Made by a program: the position numbers and the translations under genes. DNA of 62,952 bases, taken from positions 1 to 62,952 of the forward strand of contig JAEOTR010000065.1 in NCBI GenBank assembly GCA_016839705.1, read 5' to 3'. Source of the DNA: Promethearchaeota archaeon (GTDB taxonomy: Archaea; Asgardarchaeota; Lokiarchaeia; Sigyniarchaeales; SOKP01). The notes under the pieces are model-generated. The model did no database searches. It was not told the origin of the DNA and was given only the letters and a program-made list of their open reading frames with translations. The first letter of the stretch is position 1. Each line of letters opens with the position of its first letter. Below are positions 1 to 10,926 of the stretch, piece after piece.

Positions 1-1
1 A

Positions 2-634
2 ACCGGGCTGCTATCTTGGATCATTTGTGATTATGAAACGAATACTAACAGCTATGACCCAAAGAATGGATTTTGTGGTTACACTTGTGATCCAGCCGTG
101 TATACAACCACATACTTTGGGGAGTTACTGGTTGATATTAAGAATCGCACCAACAATAAAGAATTCATTGTATCGGTTGACTTAGAAAAAGGTGATTCAA
201 GGGAATTGGACGAATCTCTCTGGATTGAAGGAAATCTTATTGTCGATTATGGCGGTAAGCTAAAAAGTGATTTTTCAGAGCCTTTCAGCCTGCTTTTTGA
301 CCCAGATATGGTGAAAGAAGCGGTAAGCATACCTCTAGAACATGTTTCAATCAAGGCAAACTCCTATCTGAGTAATATCATTGATACTGTTAAGCCAGTA
401 AACGCTGTTATCTTTCCTTATGGTCAGCACTTCATTATTAAGCAAGACCTGAAAAAGTATGAGGTTAAAAATCAAAAGGACTTGGATCTTCAATTAAAGT
501 CTTTCCTTAGCAGAACTGAATTTAAAACCATGACAGGTGGTGATATAAAAAAGCCCATATATGCAATGGTTGTAATTTCTTACCTAATACTTATCAGTAT
601 AATTGTATTTTTACTAATACTACTCTTTCTATAA
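2..634 (+). CDS. Hypothetical protein with C-terminal membrane anchor (5'-partial)
   Basis: The frame is open from the window edge (TGLLSWIICDYETNTNSYDPKNG...) into the listed 98..634 ORF. It has a hydrophobic C-terminal helix. Confidence 0.75.
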   Translation, partial: TGLLSWIICDYETNTNSYDPKNGFCGYTCDPAVYTTTYFGELLVDIKNRTNNKEFIVSVDLEKGDSRELDESLWIEGNLIVDYGGKLKSDFSEPFSLLFDPDMVKEAVSIPLEHVSIKANSYLSNIIDTVKPVNAVIFPYGQHFIIKQDLKKYEVKNQKDLDLQLKSFLSRTEFKTMTGGDIKKPIYAMVVISYLILISIIVFLLILLFL

Positions 635-671
635 GTTTGGGTAAAATATTTAATAATTATTAAAAAAAATA

Positions 672-1217
672 TTAAGGAATTGAAAAAACTTCAAAAAAAT
701 CAAAAAGGATGATCACCAGGCATATCAACTCCAAGAAAATCCAAACATTTCTTTTCATTGATCTTATCACTTTTAATGCTTTCCCTGAATAATTTAGAAT
801 ATTATATATAAATATCATTAGCCATGCTACTACCAAAAAGGTTATTGGAAGCATCACCGTAACGAATGTACGTCCAAGATTAAATAATAGGTATTTATAC
901 CCAAGGATCGTAAAACCTGCTATAACAAGCGTGAAACCAAGCCCAAATGTGTATTCCGCAAACGTGACAAAGCGTTGTATACGTCTTTCAGAAGAATTAT
1001 CTAAATTAACTTCAAAATTAGCTTTTGAATTTGCGCTGACTGAGTTAACAAAAAGTATGAAAGAGAGCATAAGTAGAAATGTAGCAGTACCAATTCCTCC
1101 ACTCGCTGGTGGAATTTGCCAAATTAATGCTAATATCGTTAATAAAGCTCCAATCATAACTGTACTAAGGGTTATCCAATCTCTCACATTGATTTGTTTT
1201 TTTTCTTCATTGCTCAT
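672..1217 (-). CDS. Hypothetical integral membrane protein (~5 TM)
   Basis: ATG start and five hydrophobic segments. Confidence 0.8.
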   Translation of the reverse strand: MSNEEKKQINVRDWITLSTVMIGALLTILALIWQIPPASGGIGTATFLLMLSFILFVNSVSANSKANFEVNLDNSSERRIQRFVTFAEYTFGLGFTLVIAGFTILGYKYLLFNLGRTFVTVMLPITFLVVAWLMIFIYNILNYSGKALKVIRSMKRNVWIFLELICLVIILFDFFEVFSIP

Positions 1218-1345
1218 AATTTTTCGCTTTAATTAATTTTATAATTAAAATTAGAAATGTTAGAGAATATAAAGATTGGGATCATATCTTAAAGTTTAAA
1301 TTCACAATTCTCTCTAATATAAAAAAAGAAAAGAAAAGTTAGAAA

Positions 1346-1972
1346 TTATACACTAAAGGGTTGTCTAATTATAGTTTTCATATTCTCTGGTTTTGCCCTA
1401 CGAGGATCACTAAGATATATTTCATGGTGTTTTTGATTTAAACCATCATATTTCCCATTTTGATCTTCTATGAACTTATGAACTTTATCTACAGTAGGTC
1501 CTTCTTCTGAAAAAGGACCAAGATGCATAATTTGAGCACACTGACCCTCAGCATATCTTTCAAACTTCAGTTTATCAAGATGATTAGATAGTTCTGGTTT
1601 ATTTTTTTTGGTTATTTCAATGGCTTCCTCAATCAAATCATTTGTAATCCAATCTGGGTGCATTATCATCATGGTCCATTTCCATTTATCACGGTTTCCA
1701 GAACGATAATCTTCCATGTTATCGGCCCACCAGAGACCTTCTAACGGTGGTACCACATAATCCTTACCCTTTGCCTTACTCAGAAACTTTGTTTTGAAAG
1801 CCACAGGATAAAGAGTTGCAAGCGCGTTTTGATACTCTTGTGAATCACCAGGAGAGCCAATACCATCAATCATTAGAAATTTCATTTCAGGGACATCAAC
1901 TATAACCACTTCTTTCGTACTGGGTTGGTATAAGTTTTTCATACTTTTTTTAAAATCTACTTTAGTAGGCAT
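1346..1972 (-). CDS. GyrI-like small-molecule-binding domain protein
   Basis: Motifs VPPLEGLWW, WKWTMMI, HLGPFSEE and HHEIYLSDPRR. The ATG at 1972 follows GGTGA; the ORF track starts at 1984. Confidence 0.9.
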   Translation of the reverse strand: MPTKVDFKKSMKNLYQPSTKEVVIVDVPEMKFLMIDGIGSPGDSQEYQNALATLYPVAFKTKFLSKAKGKDYVVPPLEGLWWADNMEDYRSGNRDKWKWTMMIMHPDWITNDLIEEAIEITKKNKPELSNHLDKLKFERYAEGQCAQIMHLGPFSEEGPTVDKVHKFIEDQNGKYDGLNQKHHEIYLSDPRRAKPENMKTIIRQPFSV

Positions 1973-2109
1973 TTTGATCACCAATATTTAGAATGGTATA
2001 TTATTTGAGAATATTTCGGCTGTGAGAAAGATTATATAATTTGGGTAATTCAAATTATTAAACGAAAATTGAGCTATTTAGCAATTAGTCTAAAAGAAGT
2101 TGATGAAAA

Positions 2110-3321
2110 ATGAAAAGAATTGTACTTGATCTCGAACTCCTTAGTGAAAAAGATATTGAATTTAAGAAAGAAATTGATGAGATAATTGCATCAGAGGTCG
2201 CCCCTAAAACCCAAGATATGGAAGATGGTAAAATTAATGTGTGGGATGTTTTGGAGCCTTTAGGAAAAAAGGGTTTACTCGGGTTAAGGTATTCTAAAGA
2301 AATGGGGGGTAGGGGTAGTTCTTATATTCAAGATATGCTACTCTCAGAGGCATTATCATATGAGAGTCTGGTTTATGATATGGTACGGGGTTCAAGTATT
2401 TATCCCGCAGGTTTGATATTAGTGTTTGGAAGGCAAGAAACTCTGGGGAAATACATTAAACCTATAGTAACTGGAGAAAAAAAAGGATGTTTTTGTTTCA
2501 CTGAACCCGATGCGGGATCTGATCTTTCAAGGATGAAAACAATTTATAAAAAGGATGAAGATGGTGATTTTATACTTAACGGAGAAAAAAGATTTATAAC
2601 CAATGGTACTGTAGCTGATGTAATGGTTGTTTATGGACGAAACGGGGCATTTATTGTTGAATCCGATTTTGAGGGATTTGAAATGCTTGAAGAATACAAA
2701 TTGATGGGCCTTCATGGTTTAAACCTGGGACATCTAATGTTTACAAACGTTAAAGTTCCGAAAGAAAATGTCTTATTTTACAGGGAATTAAAGCCAGCAA
2801 CCGAAGGATCTCAGCGAAAGAGAACATCTGCGATTTCAAGTATGCAACAATTCCTTGGTCCCGAAAGGGTGGGTATGTCATTACAAGCCCTGGCGGTAGC
2901 TAAACGAGCAATCGAAATCGTGGTGGAATATTCTCAGGAAAGGGTACAATTTAAAAAACCTATAAGTGAATTTGAGGGAATAAGTTTTAAAGTTGCTGAA
3001 ATGATTGCAAACTTTGAAGCAGGTAAAGCTCTATACGAGAAAGCTGCCAAAAACACACAAAACCCCGCACTTGCTGCAATGTGCAAATTATTTGTTGTTA
3101 CAAATACACACAAGATTTGTGATGAAGCTTTGCAAATAATGGGTGGTATTGGTTATACAAACAAATATCCCGTAGAACGGTTACTGAGGGACATAAGACT
3201 TCACCGAATAGGCGGGGGTACTGATGAGATTATGAAATATATAATCCAAAAGGACATTTATAAAGGATTCAATAGACCAATCGGTGAGGAATCCGAAAAG
3301 AAGGTGGACTTTAAGTTCTAG
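2110..3321 (+). CDS. Acyl-CoA dehydrogenase
   Basis: FCFTEPDAGSD, LNGEKRFITNG, RVQFKKPI, QIMGGIGY and RIGGGTDEI. The usual C-terminal catalytic Glu position holds Gly, as in IVD/LCAD-type enzymes. Confidence 0.95.
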   Translation: MKRIVLDLELLSEKDIEFKKEIDEIIASEVAPKTQDMEDGKINVWDVLEPLGKKGLLGLRYSKEMGGRGSSYIQDMLLSEALSYESLVYDMVRGSSIYPAGLILVFGRQETLGKYIKPIVTGEKKGCFCFTEPDAGSDLSRMKTIYKKDEDGDFILNGEKRFITNGTVADVMVVYGRNGAFIVESDFEGFEMLEEYKLMGLHGLNLGHLMFTNVKVPKENVLFYRELKPATEGSQRKRTSAISSMQQFLGPERVGMSLQALAVAKRAIEIVVEYSQERVQFKKPISEFEGISFKVAEMIANFEAGKALYEKAAKNTQNPALAAMCKLFVVTNTHKICDEALQIMGGIGYTNKYPVERLLRDIRLHRIGGGTDEIMKYIIQKDIYKGFNRPIGEESEKKVDFKF

Positions 3322-3407
3322 AAAAGATAATTTTTAAAACTAGAGTTAGAATTTTTTAATATTAATATTATTTTTTGTAATAAAGGTAAAAAAGGTGATT
3401 TTAATCA

Positions 3408-3815
3408 ATGTTCGGTGAGATTGATCATATCGGGTATGTATTTGAAAATGTTGAAGAAGCAGTCAAAAAATTCAAAAAGATTTTTGGAATAGGAGAAGTT
3501 ATACTGTTTGATTATGTTGTAGTTAAGGGAGCAAGATTTATGATTGGAAAGCAATCAAAACTACGGATAGATTTGATTGAACCTCAAGATACGAACTCTA
3601 TTTTTTATACATTTCTAAAAGAAGGTAATAGTGGTCTTCATCATATCGGATTTCAAGTTGAAAATGTGGATGAAAAAATTAAAGAATGGGATTCGATGGG
3701 ATTCAAACAAGTTATTTTAAGCATAATTGGGACAAATAAATTTGTTTATTATGATACATCAGACATCCTCGGGCATATGATAGAGTTTGGGCAAATGGAT
3801 TATAAAAAATCCTAA
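3408..3815 (+). CDS. VOC/glyoxalase family protein (methylmalonyl-CoA epimerase-like)
   Basis: IDHIGYV, IDLIEP, GLHHIGFQV and GHMIEF; GGTGA ribosome site. Confidence 0.85.
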   Translation: MFGEIDHIGYVFENVEEAVKKFKKIFGIGEVILFDYVVVKGARFMIGKQSKLRIDLIEPQDTNSIFYTFLKEGNSGLHHIGFQVENVDEKIKEWDSMGFKQVILSIIGTNKFVYYDTSDILGHMIEFGQMDYKKS

Positions 3816-4064
3816 AATAATTTTTTTTAATTCTAAATATTAAATCAAATCAAAAATCAAGTATTTTTGTCGGTTATATCTACCTAAAAAGAAGATAAAA
3901 GATCGCACTAAAAAATCTTTGCTAATTTTGTCAATTTGTTCTTTCGGTACGTATTATGGATTATAAGGCATAAATCTAAATAGACAAATTTGTATTATTT
4001 TCCCAGCCATTAGAAAACTTGTAGTCTGTAGAGATTTATCAATATAAAAATGGATTTTATTATT

Positions 4065-4223
4065 ATGTCTAAAGCAATATCATATTATGATTGGAAACAA
4101 TCTTTCAGAAATAATACTGAATTGGAAAAACAATCAGAAAAAGAAGATATAAACTCGCTTGGAGTTTCTGAAACTTTTTTCAAAGATTTTTTAAAAAAAT
4201 GGAAAAATAAAAATTTTTCTTAA
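4065..4223 (+). CDS. Putative small protein, 52 aa (MSKAISYYDWKQSF...FLKKWKNKNFS)
   Basis: Read by hand and below the ORF-track cutoff. An alternative in-frame ATG lies at 4050. It fills an otherwise empty gap. Confidence 0.45.
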   Translation: MSKAISYYDWKQSFRNNTELEKQSEKEDINSLGVSETFFKDFLKKWKNKNFS

Positions 4224-4253
4224 AAAAAGCCAAGAAAAATTACACATTTGATT

Positions 4254-5951
4254 TTAAACTTCTTCTCCTCGTTTTCTAGCTTCTACGTCTTTTAACTCCT
4301 TCCGAAGCACTTTTCCGACCAAAGACTCTTTAAGCTCTTTTCGAAACTCTATTTGTTTTGGAACTTTATAAGGAGCAACATTTTTTCTGAGAAACTCTTT
4401 GATTTCAGCTTTCATTTCATCAGATTCACGATAGCCATCCTTTAAAACTACAAAGGCTTTAACTATTTCATTCCCCGCTGCGTTAGGGTCTGGAAGACCG
4501 ATAACAGCTGCATTTTCTATTGCTTCATATTCAAACATGACATCTTCCAATTCTCTTGGATAAACTTTAAATCCACTGATATTTATCATATCTTTCTTTC
4601 GATCGACGATAAATAAATATCCGTCCTCATCCATCATTCCAATGTCACCGGTTAACAACCAACCATCTTTCAATTGATTTGCTGTTTCTTCTGGCTTATT
4701 CCAATACCCTTTCATAACTTGAGGCCCTTTTATCATGATTTCACCTGATTCCCCTTGAGGCATAATTTTAGTGTAGTCATCGATACTTACAATTTTATAT
4801 TCAGTATCTGGTAATGCAAGCCCCACAGAGCCAACCTTCCTCGTTCCCTTAAAGGGATTAACATGTGTTGCTGGTGAGGCTTCTGTCATTCCATATCCTT
4901 CGACTATTATGGCACCTGTTCTCTCTTCAAATTCTTTAAGAACCTCAGGTGGTAAAGGAGCTGCACCTGAATTGCATACTTTGATATGTTTAAGATCCTT
5001 AACATAATCTTCAAGATCATCTCTTTCTAATAAACGCATGTACATCGTTGGTACTCCAGGGAGCATTGCAGGATGAGTTGCTTTAATTACTTCAAATAGA
5101 CCTTTTTGATCTCGAGGATCAGGATGTAAAGCAATAGTTGTTCCACTGTATATAAAACTGTTCATACAAACTTGCATACCATAGATATGGAAAAGCGGTA
5201 GCGTTGTGACTGCAGTCACCTTCCCCCTTTCAGCAATAGATTTTGTCCATTCGTACATTTGCATACAATTAGCTACTAAATTAAAATGTGTAAGCATTGC
5301 ACCTTTTGGTAAACCTGTCGTTCCTCCTGTGTATTGGAGAACTGCAACGTCTTCTTTAGCATTAGTTTCAAATTTGGGGGGATTTGGTTTGGTTTTATTA
5401 ACTAAATTTAAAAACTGAATTGTTCCTGCTATTTCAGGTGGTTCTCTTTTACCCAGTGGATTAGCCATTGGAGCGTAATCAAAGATATTCGTTATAATTA
5501 CATGCCTAAGACGAGTCCTGTCTTTCACATTATTAATTTTTTCGAGCTGGGTATCCCAAGCTATTATTATCTCAGCACCAGAATCATTTAATTGATAAGC
5601 CAATTCGTGTTCTGTATGGAGTACACTGCATGCAGTGACTATCCCTCCTGCTTTCTGAACGCCATAAAAGCTGAACGGAAATTGTGGCATATTAGGTAAC
5701 ATTAGCGCAACGGTGTCACCTTTTTTAACTCCTAAATTCACTAGTGCTGTTGCTACTCTTTCCGCAATATCCTTGAATTTTTTGTATGTAACTTTATGGT
5801 TTAAAAACCAAATCGCTGTGCGGCCACCAAATTCCTTTGTGGTATCATCAAGAAATTTAGAGATATTTATTTCTGGATACCCCAATTCATACGGAACATC
5901 ATCATCATAAGACTTTAACCAAGGTTTATTTACATATGGATTTTCACTCAT
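4254..5951 (-). CDS. fadD: Long-chain-fatty-acid--CoA ligase
   Basis: AMP-binding motif YTGGTTGLPKG, plus EGYGMTE, GWLLTGDIG, DRKKDMI and VGKVLRKEL. Confidence 0.93.
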   Translation of the reverse strand: MSENPYVNKPWLKSYDDDVPYELGYPEINISKFLDDTTKEFGGRTAIWFLNHKVTYKKFKDIAERVATALVNLGVKKGDTVALMLPNMPQFPFSFYGVQKAGGIVTACSVLHTEHELAYQLNDSGAEIIIAWDTQLEKINNVKDRTRLRHVIITNIFDYAPMANPLGKREPPEIAGTIQFLNLVNKTKPNPPKFETNAKEDVAVLQYTGGTTGLPKGAMLTHFNLVANCMQMYEWTKSIAERGKVTAVTTLPLFHIYGMQVCMNSFIYSGTTIALHPDPRDQKGLFEVIKATHPAMLPGVPTMYMRLLERDDLEDYVKDLKHIKVCNSGAAPLPPEVLKEFEERTGAIIVEGYGMTEASPATHVNPFKGTRKVGSVGLALPDTEYKIVSIDDYTKIMPQGESGEIMIKGPQVMKGYWNKPEETANQLKDGWLLTGDIGMMDEDGYLFIVDRKKDMINISGFKVYPRELEDVMFEYEAIENAAVIGLPDPNAAGNEIVKAFVVLKDGYRESDEMKAEIKEFLRKNVAPYKVPKQIEFRKELKESLVGKVLRKELKDVEARKRGEEV

Positions 5952-6038
5952 TTTCTATCCCGATCTCACATTATGTTTTATAATTTTATTCCTTAAAGTT
6001 TTATTTTTATAATTAAAAAATATGGAATAATAATAAAG

Positions 6039-7475
6039 TTACTCTTCCGTTAAATAATCTATCGCGTTAATTGCGGATTCACATACGTAATCACATTTAT
6101 CGTGTATTAAATCATTTAAACGGGAAATAATTTCATCAGTCTTTACTCCAACAATACCTAATGCTTCACTTGCTCTCCACCTAACATCAGGATTTCTATC
6201 ATCTAATGCTCTAATTAAAGAATCTACTACGAAGTCTGAAGTAGAACCTAATTTTCCTAACGAGAGTGCTGCTGCTCTCCGTACAATATATTTAGGATCA
6301 GTTAGAGCATAAACTAATGCTGAAATGGCTTCCTGTGAGCCCATACCAATATTACCTAGTGCTCTTGTCGCTTCAACACGAATTGGGGCAGAAGAAGTTC
6401 CTAATAAAGCCGAAAACATCGACCTTATTCTTGATATGATCGATTTTGAATAGGTTTGATCTTTCCTTCTAAATTCTATTTCTTCACCTTTTAATCCAAG
6501 AATATTACTTAGATCTGTTATTGCGCCTTCAGCCTCTTTGCCAATTCTAGCGATTGCAGATATAATGATTTTTTGCATATCTTTCTTCGCACTTTTAAGA
6601 GCGTTTAGTAAACCAGGAACAGCATCTTTTCCAATATAGAACAGTGAATCTGCAGCTTTTCCACGTACCTTTTCCTTTTTATCCTTAAGCATTATTACTA
6701 ATTTTTCAATAATAATGGGATCAGGCTTCTTGATTTCTCCAAGAGCCTCAATAGCACCACTTCTAACAATTGGATTCTTATTATCCAATTCATTTAATAG
6801 GTTTGGAATTGCTGCTTCACCAATTTGTACTAGTGTATTCACAACCCGATAACGTACCCTCCAATCATTATCCTGAAGTGCAATTATTAAGGAGGGTATC
6901 GCTTTTGTAGTATCTTTACCAATTTTACTAATCGCTTGAGCTGATGCCGTTCTAACAGTCCAACTAATATCTTTAATACTTTTCATTAGGTCTGGAATCG
7001 CTTCATATGCATCTGATCCTAATTCACCTATAGCGATTACTGCTTCAGTTCTTACAATTTCACTTTTGTCTATTAAAGTATTTAACAATGCAGCAAGTGA
7101 CCCAGGGGATGGATTTCCGATTTTACCAAGAGCAATCGCTGCTTCTTTACGAATAGTTTCTTCTTCATTAGTTAATAATTCTGATAATCTTGATATTGCA
7201 TTCTCTGCTTTATTTCCTATTTTCCCTAATGCTCGTGCAGCTTCTCGAATAATACTCCAATCTTGATCATCCAAACAACTAATAAGTTTCGGGATGCCAT
7301 TTACAGATTTTTCTCCGAGTTCACCTAAAACACTAATAGAATTGAATTTAATAGATCTAATCTGATTCTCTAAGTGCCCAATTACCTCATTAATAATAGA
7401 GGGATCTTTTTCAATTCTGGATAATACTAAATCATTTCTAGCATCTCGCAACAATTTTTCTAATGGAGCTGACAT
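6039..7475 (-). CDS. HEAT-repeat (PBS lyase HEAT-like) protein
   Basis: About 12 repeats of L-x-D-x-x-x-x-VR-x-x-AA-x-ALG-x-IG; starts 11 nt after the livF stop. Confidence 0.9.
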   Translation of the reverse strand: MSAPLEKLLRDARNDLVLSRIEKDPSIINEVIGHLENQIRSIKFNSISVLGELGEKSVNGIPKLISCLDDQDWSIIREAARALGKIGNKAENAISRLSELLTNEEETIRKEAAIALGKIGNPSPGSLAALLNTLIDKSEIVRTEAVIAIGELGSDAYEAIPDLMKSIKDISWTVRTASAQAISKIGKDTTKAIPSLIIALQDNDWRVRYRVVNTLVQIGEAAIPNLLNELDNKNPIVRSGAIEALGEIKKPDPIIIEKLVIMLKDKKEKVRGKAADSLFYIGKDAVPGLLNALKSAKKDMQKIIISAIARIGKEAEGAITDLSNILGLKGEEIEFRRKDQTYSKSIISRIRSMFSALLGTSSAPIRVEATRALGNIGMGSQEAISALVYALTDPKYIVRRAAALSLGKLGSTSDFVVDSLIRALDDRNPDVRWRASEALGIVGVKTDEIISRLNDLIHDKCDYVCESAINAIDYLTEE

Positions 7476-7486
7476 TTATAATTACC

Positions 7487-8200
7487 TCATATTCCTAGAT
7501 AAACTTGTTTTATTCGTGGTTCTTTTTCTAGTTCCTCTTTTGTTCCTCTCATTTCGATCTTTCCTTCTTCCAGAACGTGAATCATCTCAGAAACTGCCAT
7601 AGCTAAAACTGCATCCTGTTCAACTAATAATGTGGTTGTGCCCTCTTGTTTGATTTTTTTAATCGCTTCAAAAATAGCTTCTTTAACTTTCGGTGCTAGA
7701 CCTAATGAAGGTTCATCCATCAGCAATAGTTTAGGATTAGACATGATCGAGCGTGCTATCGCAAGCATTTGTTGTTCTCCTCCACTTAATGTTCCAGCTC
7801 GTTGCTTTCGCCTTTCTTTGAGCCGAGGGAAGGTCTCAAATACAAAATTTTTTAGTTCTTTAATTTTTCCCCGATTTTTTACTAGATATGCTCCCATTTT
7901 AAGGTTGTCATCTACAGTCATATCAGGAAAGAGTCTTCGACGTTCAGGACAGTGTGAAATCCCCTTTTTTACGATTTTATGTGTTTTCATATCATCTATT
8001 CTTTCCCCCAAAAATTCTATTTTCCCTCGATCAGGCTCTTCTAAATTTGTTATCACTCTAAGAAGAGTTGACTTTCCAGCACCATTCGGGCCAATAATTC
8101 CATCCAGAGCCCCTTCTTCAAGAGTTAAATTAATCTCTTCAAGAGCTTTAGCGCTCCCATAATAATGATATAATTTTTTTATTTCAAGCAAATCCTTCAC
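7487..8200 (-). CDS. livF: Branched-chain amino acid-type ABC transporter ATPase
   Basis: GPNGAGKST, LSGGEQQMLAIAR and LMDEPSLGLAP. Confidence 0.93.
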   Translation of the reverse strand: MKDLLEIKKLYHYYGSAKALEEINLTLEEGALDGIIGPNGAGKSTLLRVITNLEEPDRGKIEFLGERIDDMKTHKIVKKGISHCPERRRLFPDMTVDDNLKMGAYLVKNRGKIKELKNFVFETFPRLKERRKQRAGTLSGGEQQMLAIARSIMSNPKLLLMDEPSLGLAPKVKEAIFEAIKKIKQEGTTTLLVEQDAVLAMAVSEMIHVLEEGKIEMRGTKEELEKEPRIKQVYLGI

Positions 8201-8930
8201 CTTTTCCTAAATATGCTTCAAGTACAATTTTATTATTAGCAACTTCTTGAGGGGGCCCATCCGCAATTAACTTACCTTGATGCATGGCAAGCACTCTTGG
8301 AACTAATGCCATAAGTTCGCGTAATACATGACCGGTCATAAAAATCGTTACCCCATCTTGATTTAGTTTTTTGATTAAACTCGTGATTCCTAATTGTTCT
8401 TCAAATGATAAACCACTAAACGGTTCATCCAATAATAATAATTCTGGATTTCCACCAATTGCTTTACCTATTTGCAATTTTCTTAGATCTCCATGTGGAA
8501 GAACAACGGGTGGTATTGTTGCTTTATCTACGAGGCCAACTGAGGTTAAAATTGAGCTAGCATACTCCTCAGCGCCAACTTTTTTCGAAAATTTCCTGCC
8601 TCTATTTGATAAACAAGAAACCACGACATTATCGAGTAAACTAAGGAATTTGAAGGATCTCACCAATTGAAATGTTCGGGCAACACCTAAATTTACAATT
8701 TTATATGGAATCATTCCGGTAATATTAGTACTATCGAAACGAATTGAACCTGAACTCGGTTTTTCAAATCCTGATATTAAATTAAATATTGTCGTTTTAC
8801 CTGCACCGTTTGGTCCAATTAAACCAACAAAATCCCCTCTCCTAATTTCAAAACTAAAATCGTTAACCGCTGTTAATCCACCAAATTTTTTAGTTAAATT
8901 TCTAACTTCTAAAATTATGCCCATGTTCAT
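8184..8930 (-). CDS. livG: Branched-chain amino acid-type ABC transporter ATPase
   Basis: KKFGGLTAV, GPNGAGKTT, GVARTFQ, LLDEP and EAYLG. Confidence 0.93.
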   Translation of the reverse strand: MNMGIILEVRNLTKKFGGLTAVNDFSFEIRRGDFVGLIGPNGAGKTTIFNLISGFEKPSSGSIRFDSTNITGMIPYKIVNLGVARTFQLVRSFKFLSLLDNVVVSCLSNRGRKFSKKVGAEEYASSILTSVGLVDKATIPPVVLPHGDLRKLQIGKAIGGNPELLLLDEPFSGLSFEEQLGITSLIKKLNQDGVTIFMTGHVLRELMALVPRVLAMHQGKLIADGPPQEVANNKIVLEAYLGKGEGFA

Positions 8931-8971
8931 TCATACTTCTTTTTAATTTATTTTTTAAAATATTTAGTTAT

Positions 8972-10018
8972 CTACCTACCAAGCAATACATCCCAAAAAT
9001 TCTTCAATCTTTCTAAAGCAGATTTTAAAATTCCCTCTGATGCAAATCGTATAATTAATATAAGGATTATCGAAAACACAAATGCAGGATCAGATATAGC
9101 ATGTATCAAAGGATTTGTTGTACCTAACTCCTCCAGACCTCTGAGAGCCTCGCTTAACAAAAGATAGATGAATGCTCCTAAAGCTGAACCCGATATTGTA
9201 GCAATCCCCCCAATAGCTGCCATAACTAATACAAGAAATGAATATAATGGTTGAAAAATTAATGGATTCACACTTCTATTATACATAGCAAGAAGACCTC
9301 CAGCAAGCCCTGCAAAGAAACTGCTAATCATAAATGCAATAACTTTATACTTAGTTGTGTTAATACCTGACGATTCTGATCCAGTTTCATCATCACGAAT
9401 AGATTTCAATATTGTACCCGTGTTTGATTTCGAAATTTGGATCATCGTTATCATAGAAATAATCATTAGAATTAATACAACAATGTAAACTACCACAGAG
9501 TCCTCAGATAATGCGGGTACTCCAGAAATTCCTTCATCTCCCCATAAAAGGGCCTTAAACTCGGCAATTTTAAATAAATTCATCAACATCACACCTATTG
9601 TCATAGTTCCTAACGCTAAATAAGGACCTTTCAATCTTAGACAAATAAAACCAACAATGAAGCCGACTATTAATGAAAGTAAAACTCCCACAAGTAAAGC
9701 GCCCCACCATGGAACAAATGGTGAAAAAGGGAATTCTACAAGCATAGCACTAACAGCATAACCAGACAATCCGAGAAAAATTGCATGACCAAAACTAACT
9801 TGCCCAGTAATTCCCGCTAAAAAATCCCAACTTGCCGCAAAAATAGAAAAAATCATAGCTAGAATCATAATCTCTAAATAAAATTCATTCTGGGTAAGAA
9901 GTGGTACTATAAAAAGGACAGCTAAGCAAGCTATAGTTATTCCCCCTTTGAAAGTTACAACCCAATCCTTTAAATATCCCGGAAACCCACTTAATGTTTT
10001 CTGTATTTTTCGATACAT
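8972..10018 (-). CDS. livM: ABC transporter permease (LivM type)
   Basis: GQVSFGHA, LRLKGPYLAL and SIRDDE..GIN. Confidence 0.92.
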   Translation of the reverse strand: MYRKIQKTLSGFPGYLKDWVVTFKGGITIACLAVLFIVPLLTQNEFYLEIMILAMIFSIFAASWDFLAGITGQVSFGHAIFLGLSGYAVSAMLVEFPFSPFVPWWGALLVGVLLSLIVGFIVGFICLRLKGPYLALGTMTIGVMLMNLFKIAEFKALLWGDEGISGVPALSEDSVVVYIVVLILMIISMITMIQISKSNTGTILKSIRDDETGSESSGINTTKYKVIAFMISSFFAGLAGGLLAMYNRSVNPLIFQPLYSFLVLVMAAIGGIATISGSALGAFIYLLLSEALRGLEELGTTNPLIHAISDPAFVFSIILILIIRFASEGILKSALERLKNFWDVLLGR

Positions 10019-10056
10019 TTTTCCTTGGTGTTACAATTATTTAATTTAATTCTACT

Positions 10057-10926
10057 TTATTTTATTTCTTTTTTACCAAAAAGACCTCGCGGTCTAACTA
10101 CAAGAATAACAATAATAACGAGTACAGGTATCAATGAGGAAAAAACGGGATTTATAAGGTAATCAGTCATGATTCTTGCATACCCAAGGATGAAAGCTCC
10201 AATTACACTCCCTGGAAGACTTCCCATCCCCCCAAGTATCACCACCGCAATTGCATTCGTTAATATAGGCCAACCAATGTAAGGAGCTATTAGATATACG
10301 GGGGTATATAAAATAGAGGCTACACCCGCAAGAAATGCAGATATCATAATAGTATACATTAGAACTCTATCGGCATTTATACCCATAAGCATAGCAGCTT
10401 CACGATCTTGAGAAACTGCTCGAATAGATTTCCCAAGTGTTGATTTATTGATAAAAAGGGTTACCAAAACGACGGTTATAATTGAAAAGATAATAATAAT
10501 AAGCCAGTGTAGTTGAATGGCGACTCCTAAAATAGTAACATTAGCTTGAAATATGGTAGGAAGTGAATAAGTTCTGGGGTCATACATAACAATTACTAAT
10601 TGTTCAATGAAAAAACCTAATGCAAACGTCCCTATCAAGATACTAATTTCATGCTCTTCTAAAGGTCTTATAATCAATAAATACGATAACATTCCAAATA
10701 TAGTTGCTACGACTAATGCCATTACCATTCCAATATAAAATCCAAACGCGGATCTCCCAAATGCCAACCATGACAAAAAAAAGGCATAAGTTGCCAGTAA
10801 ATAATACGAACCATGCGCTAGATTTAAAATACCACCAACTCCATATACTAAAGAATATCCTAACGCAAGTAATGCATATACCGCTCCTTGCACCGCACCA
10901 TAGATTATAATTTCTTCAACAACCAT
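10057..10926 (-). CDS. livH: ABC transporter permease (LivH type)
   Basis: GYSLVYGVGGILNLAHG, GKSIRAVSQD..AMLMGIN and RPRGLFG. Likely start is MVVEE at 10926. Confidence 0.92.
   Translation of the reverse strand: MVVEEIIIYGAVQGAVYALLALGYSLVYGVGGILNLAHGSYYLLATYAFFLSWLAFGRSAFGFYIGMVMALVVATIFGMLSYLLIIRPLEEHEISILIGTFALGFFIEQLVIVMYDPRTYSLPTIFQANVTILGVAIQLHWLIIIIFSIITVVLVTLFINKSTLGKSIRAVSQDREAAMLMGINADRVLMYTIMISAFLAGVASILYTPVYLIAPYIGWPILTNAIAVVILGGMGSLPGSVIGAFILGYARIMTDYLINPVFSSLIPVLVIIVILVVRPRGLFGKKEIK

Noticed and set aside
931-1236. Antisense ORFs overlapping real genes (also 5206, 7632, 8371, 29223, 32656, 35795, 44588, 52208, 54211, 54861 and others)
   Set aside because: They are shadow frames opposite genes with clear family motifs and have no motifs of their own.
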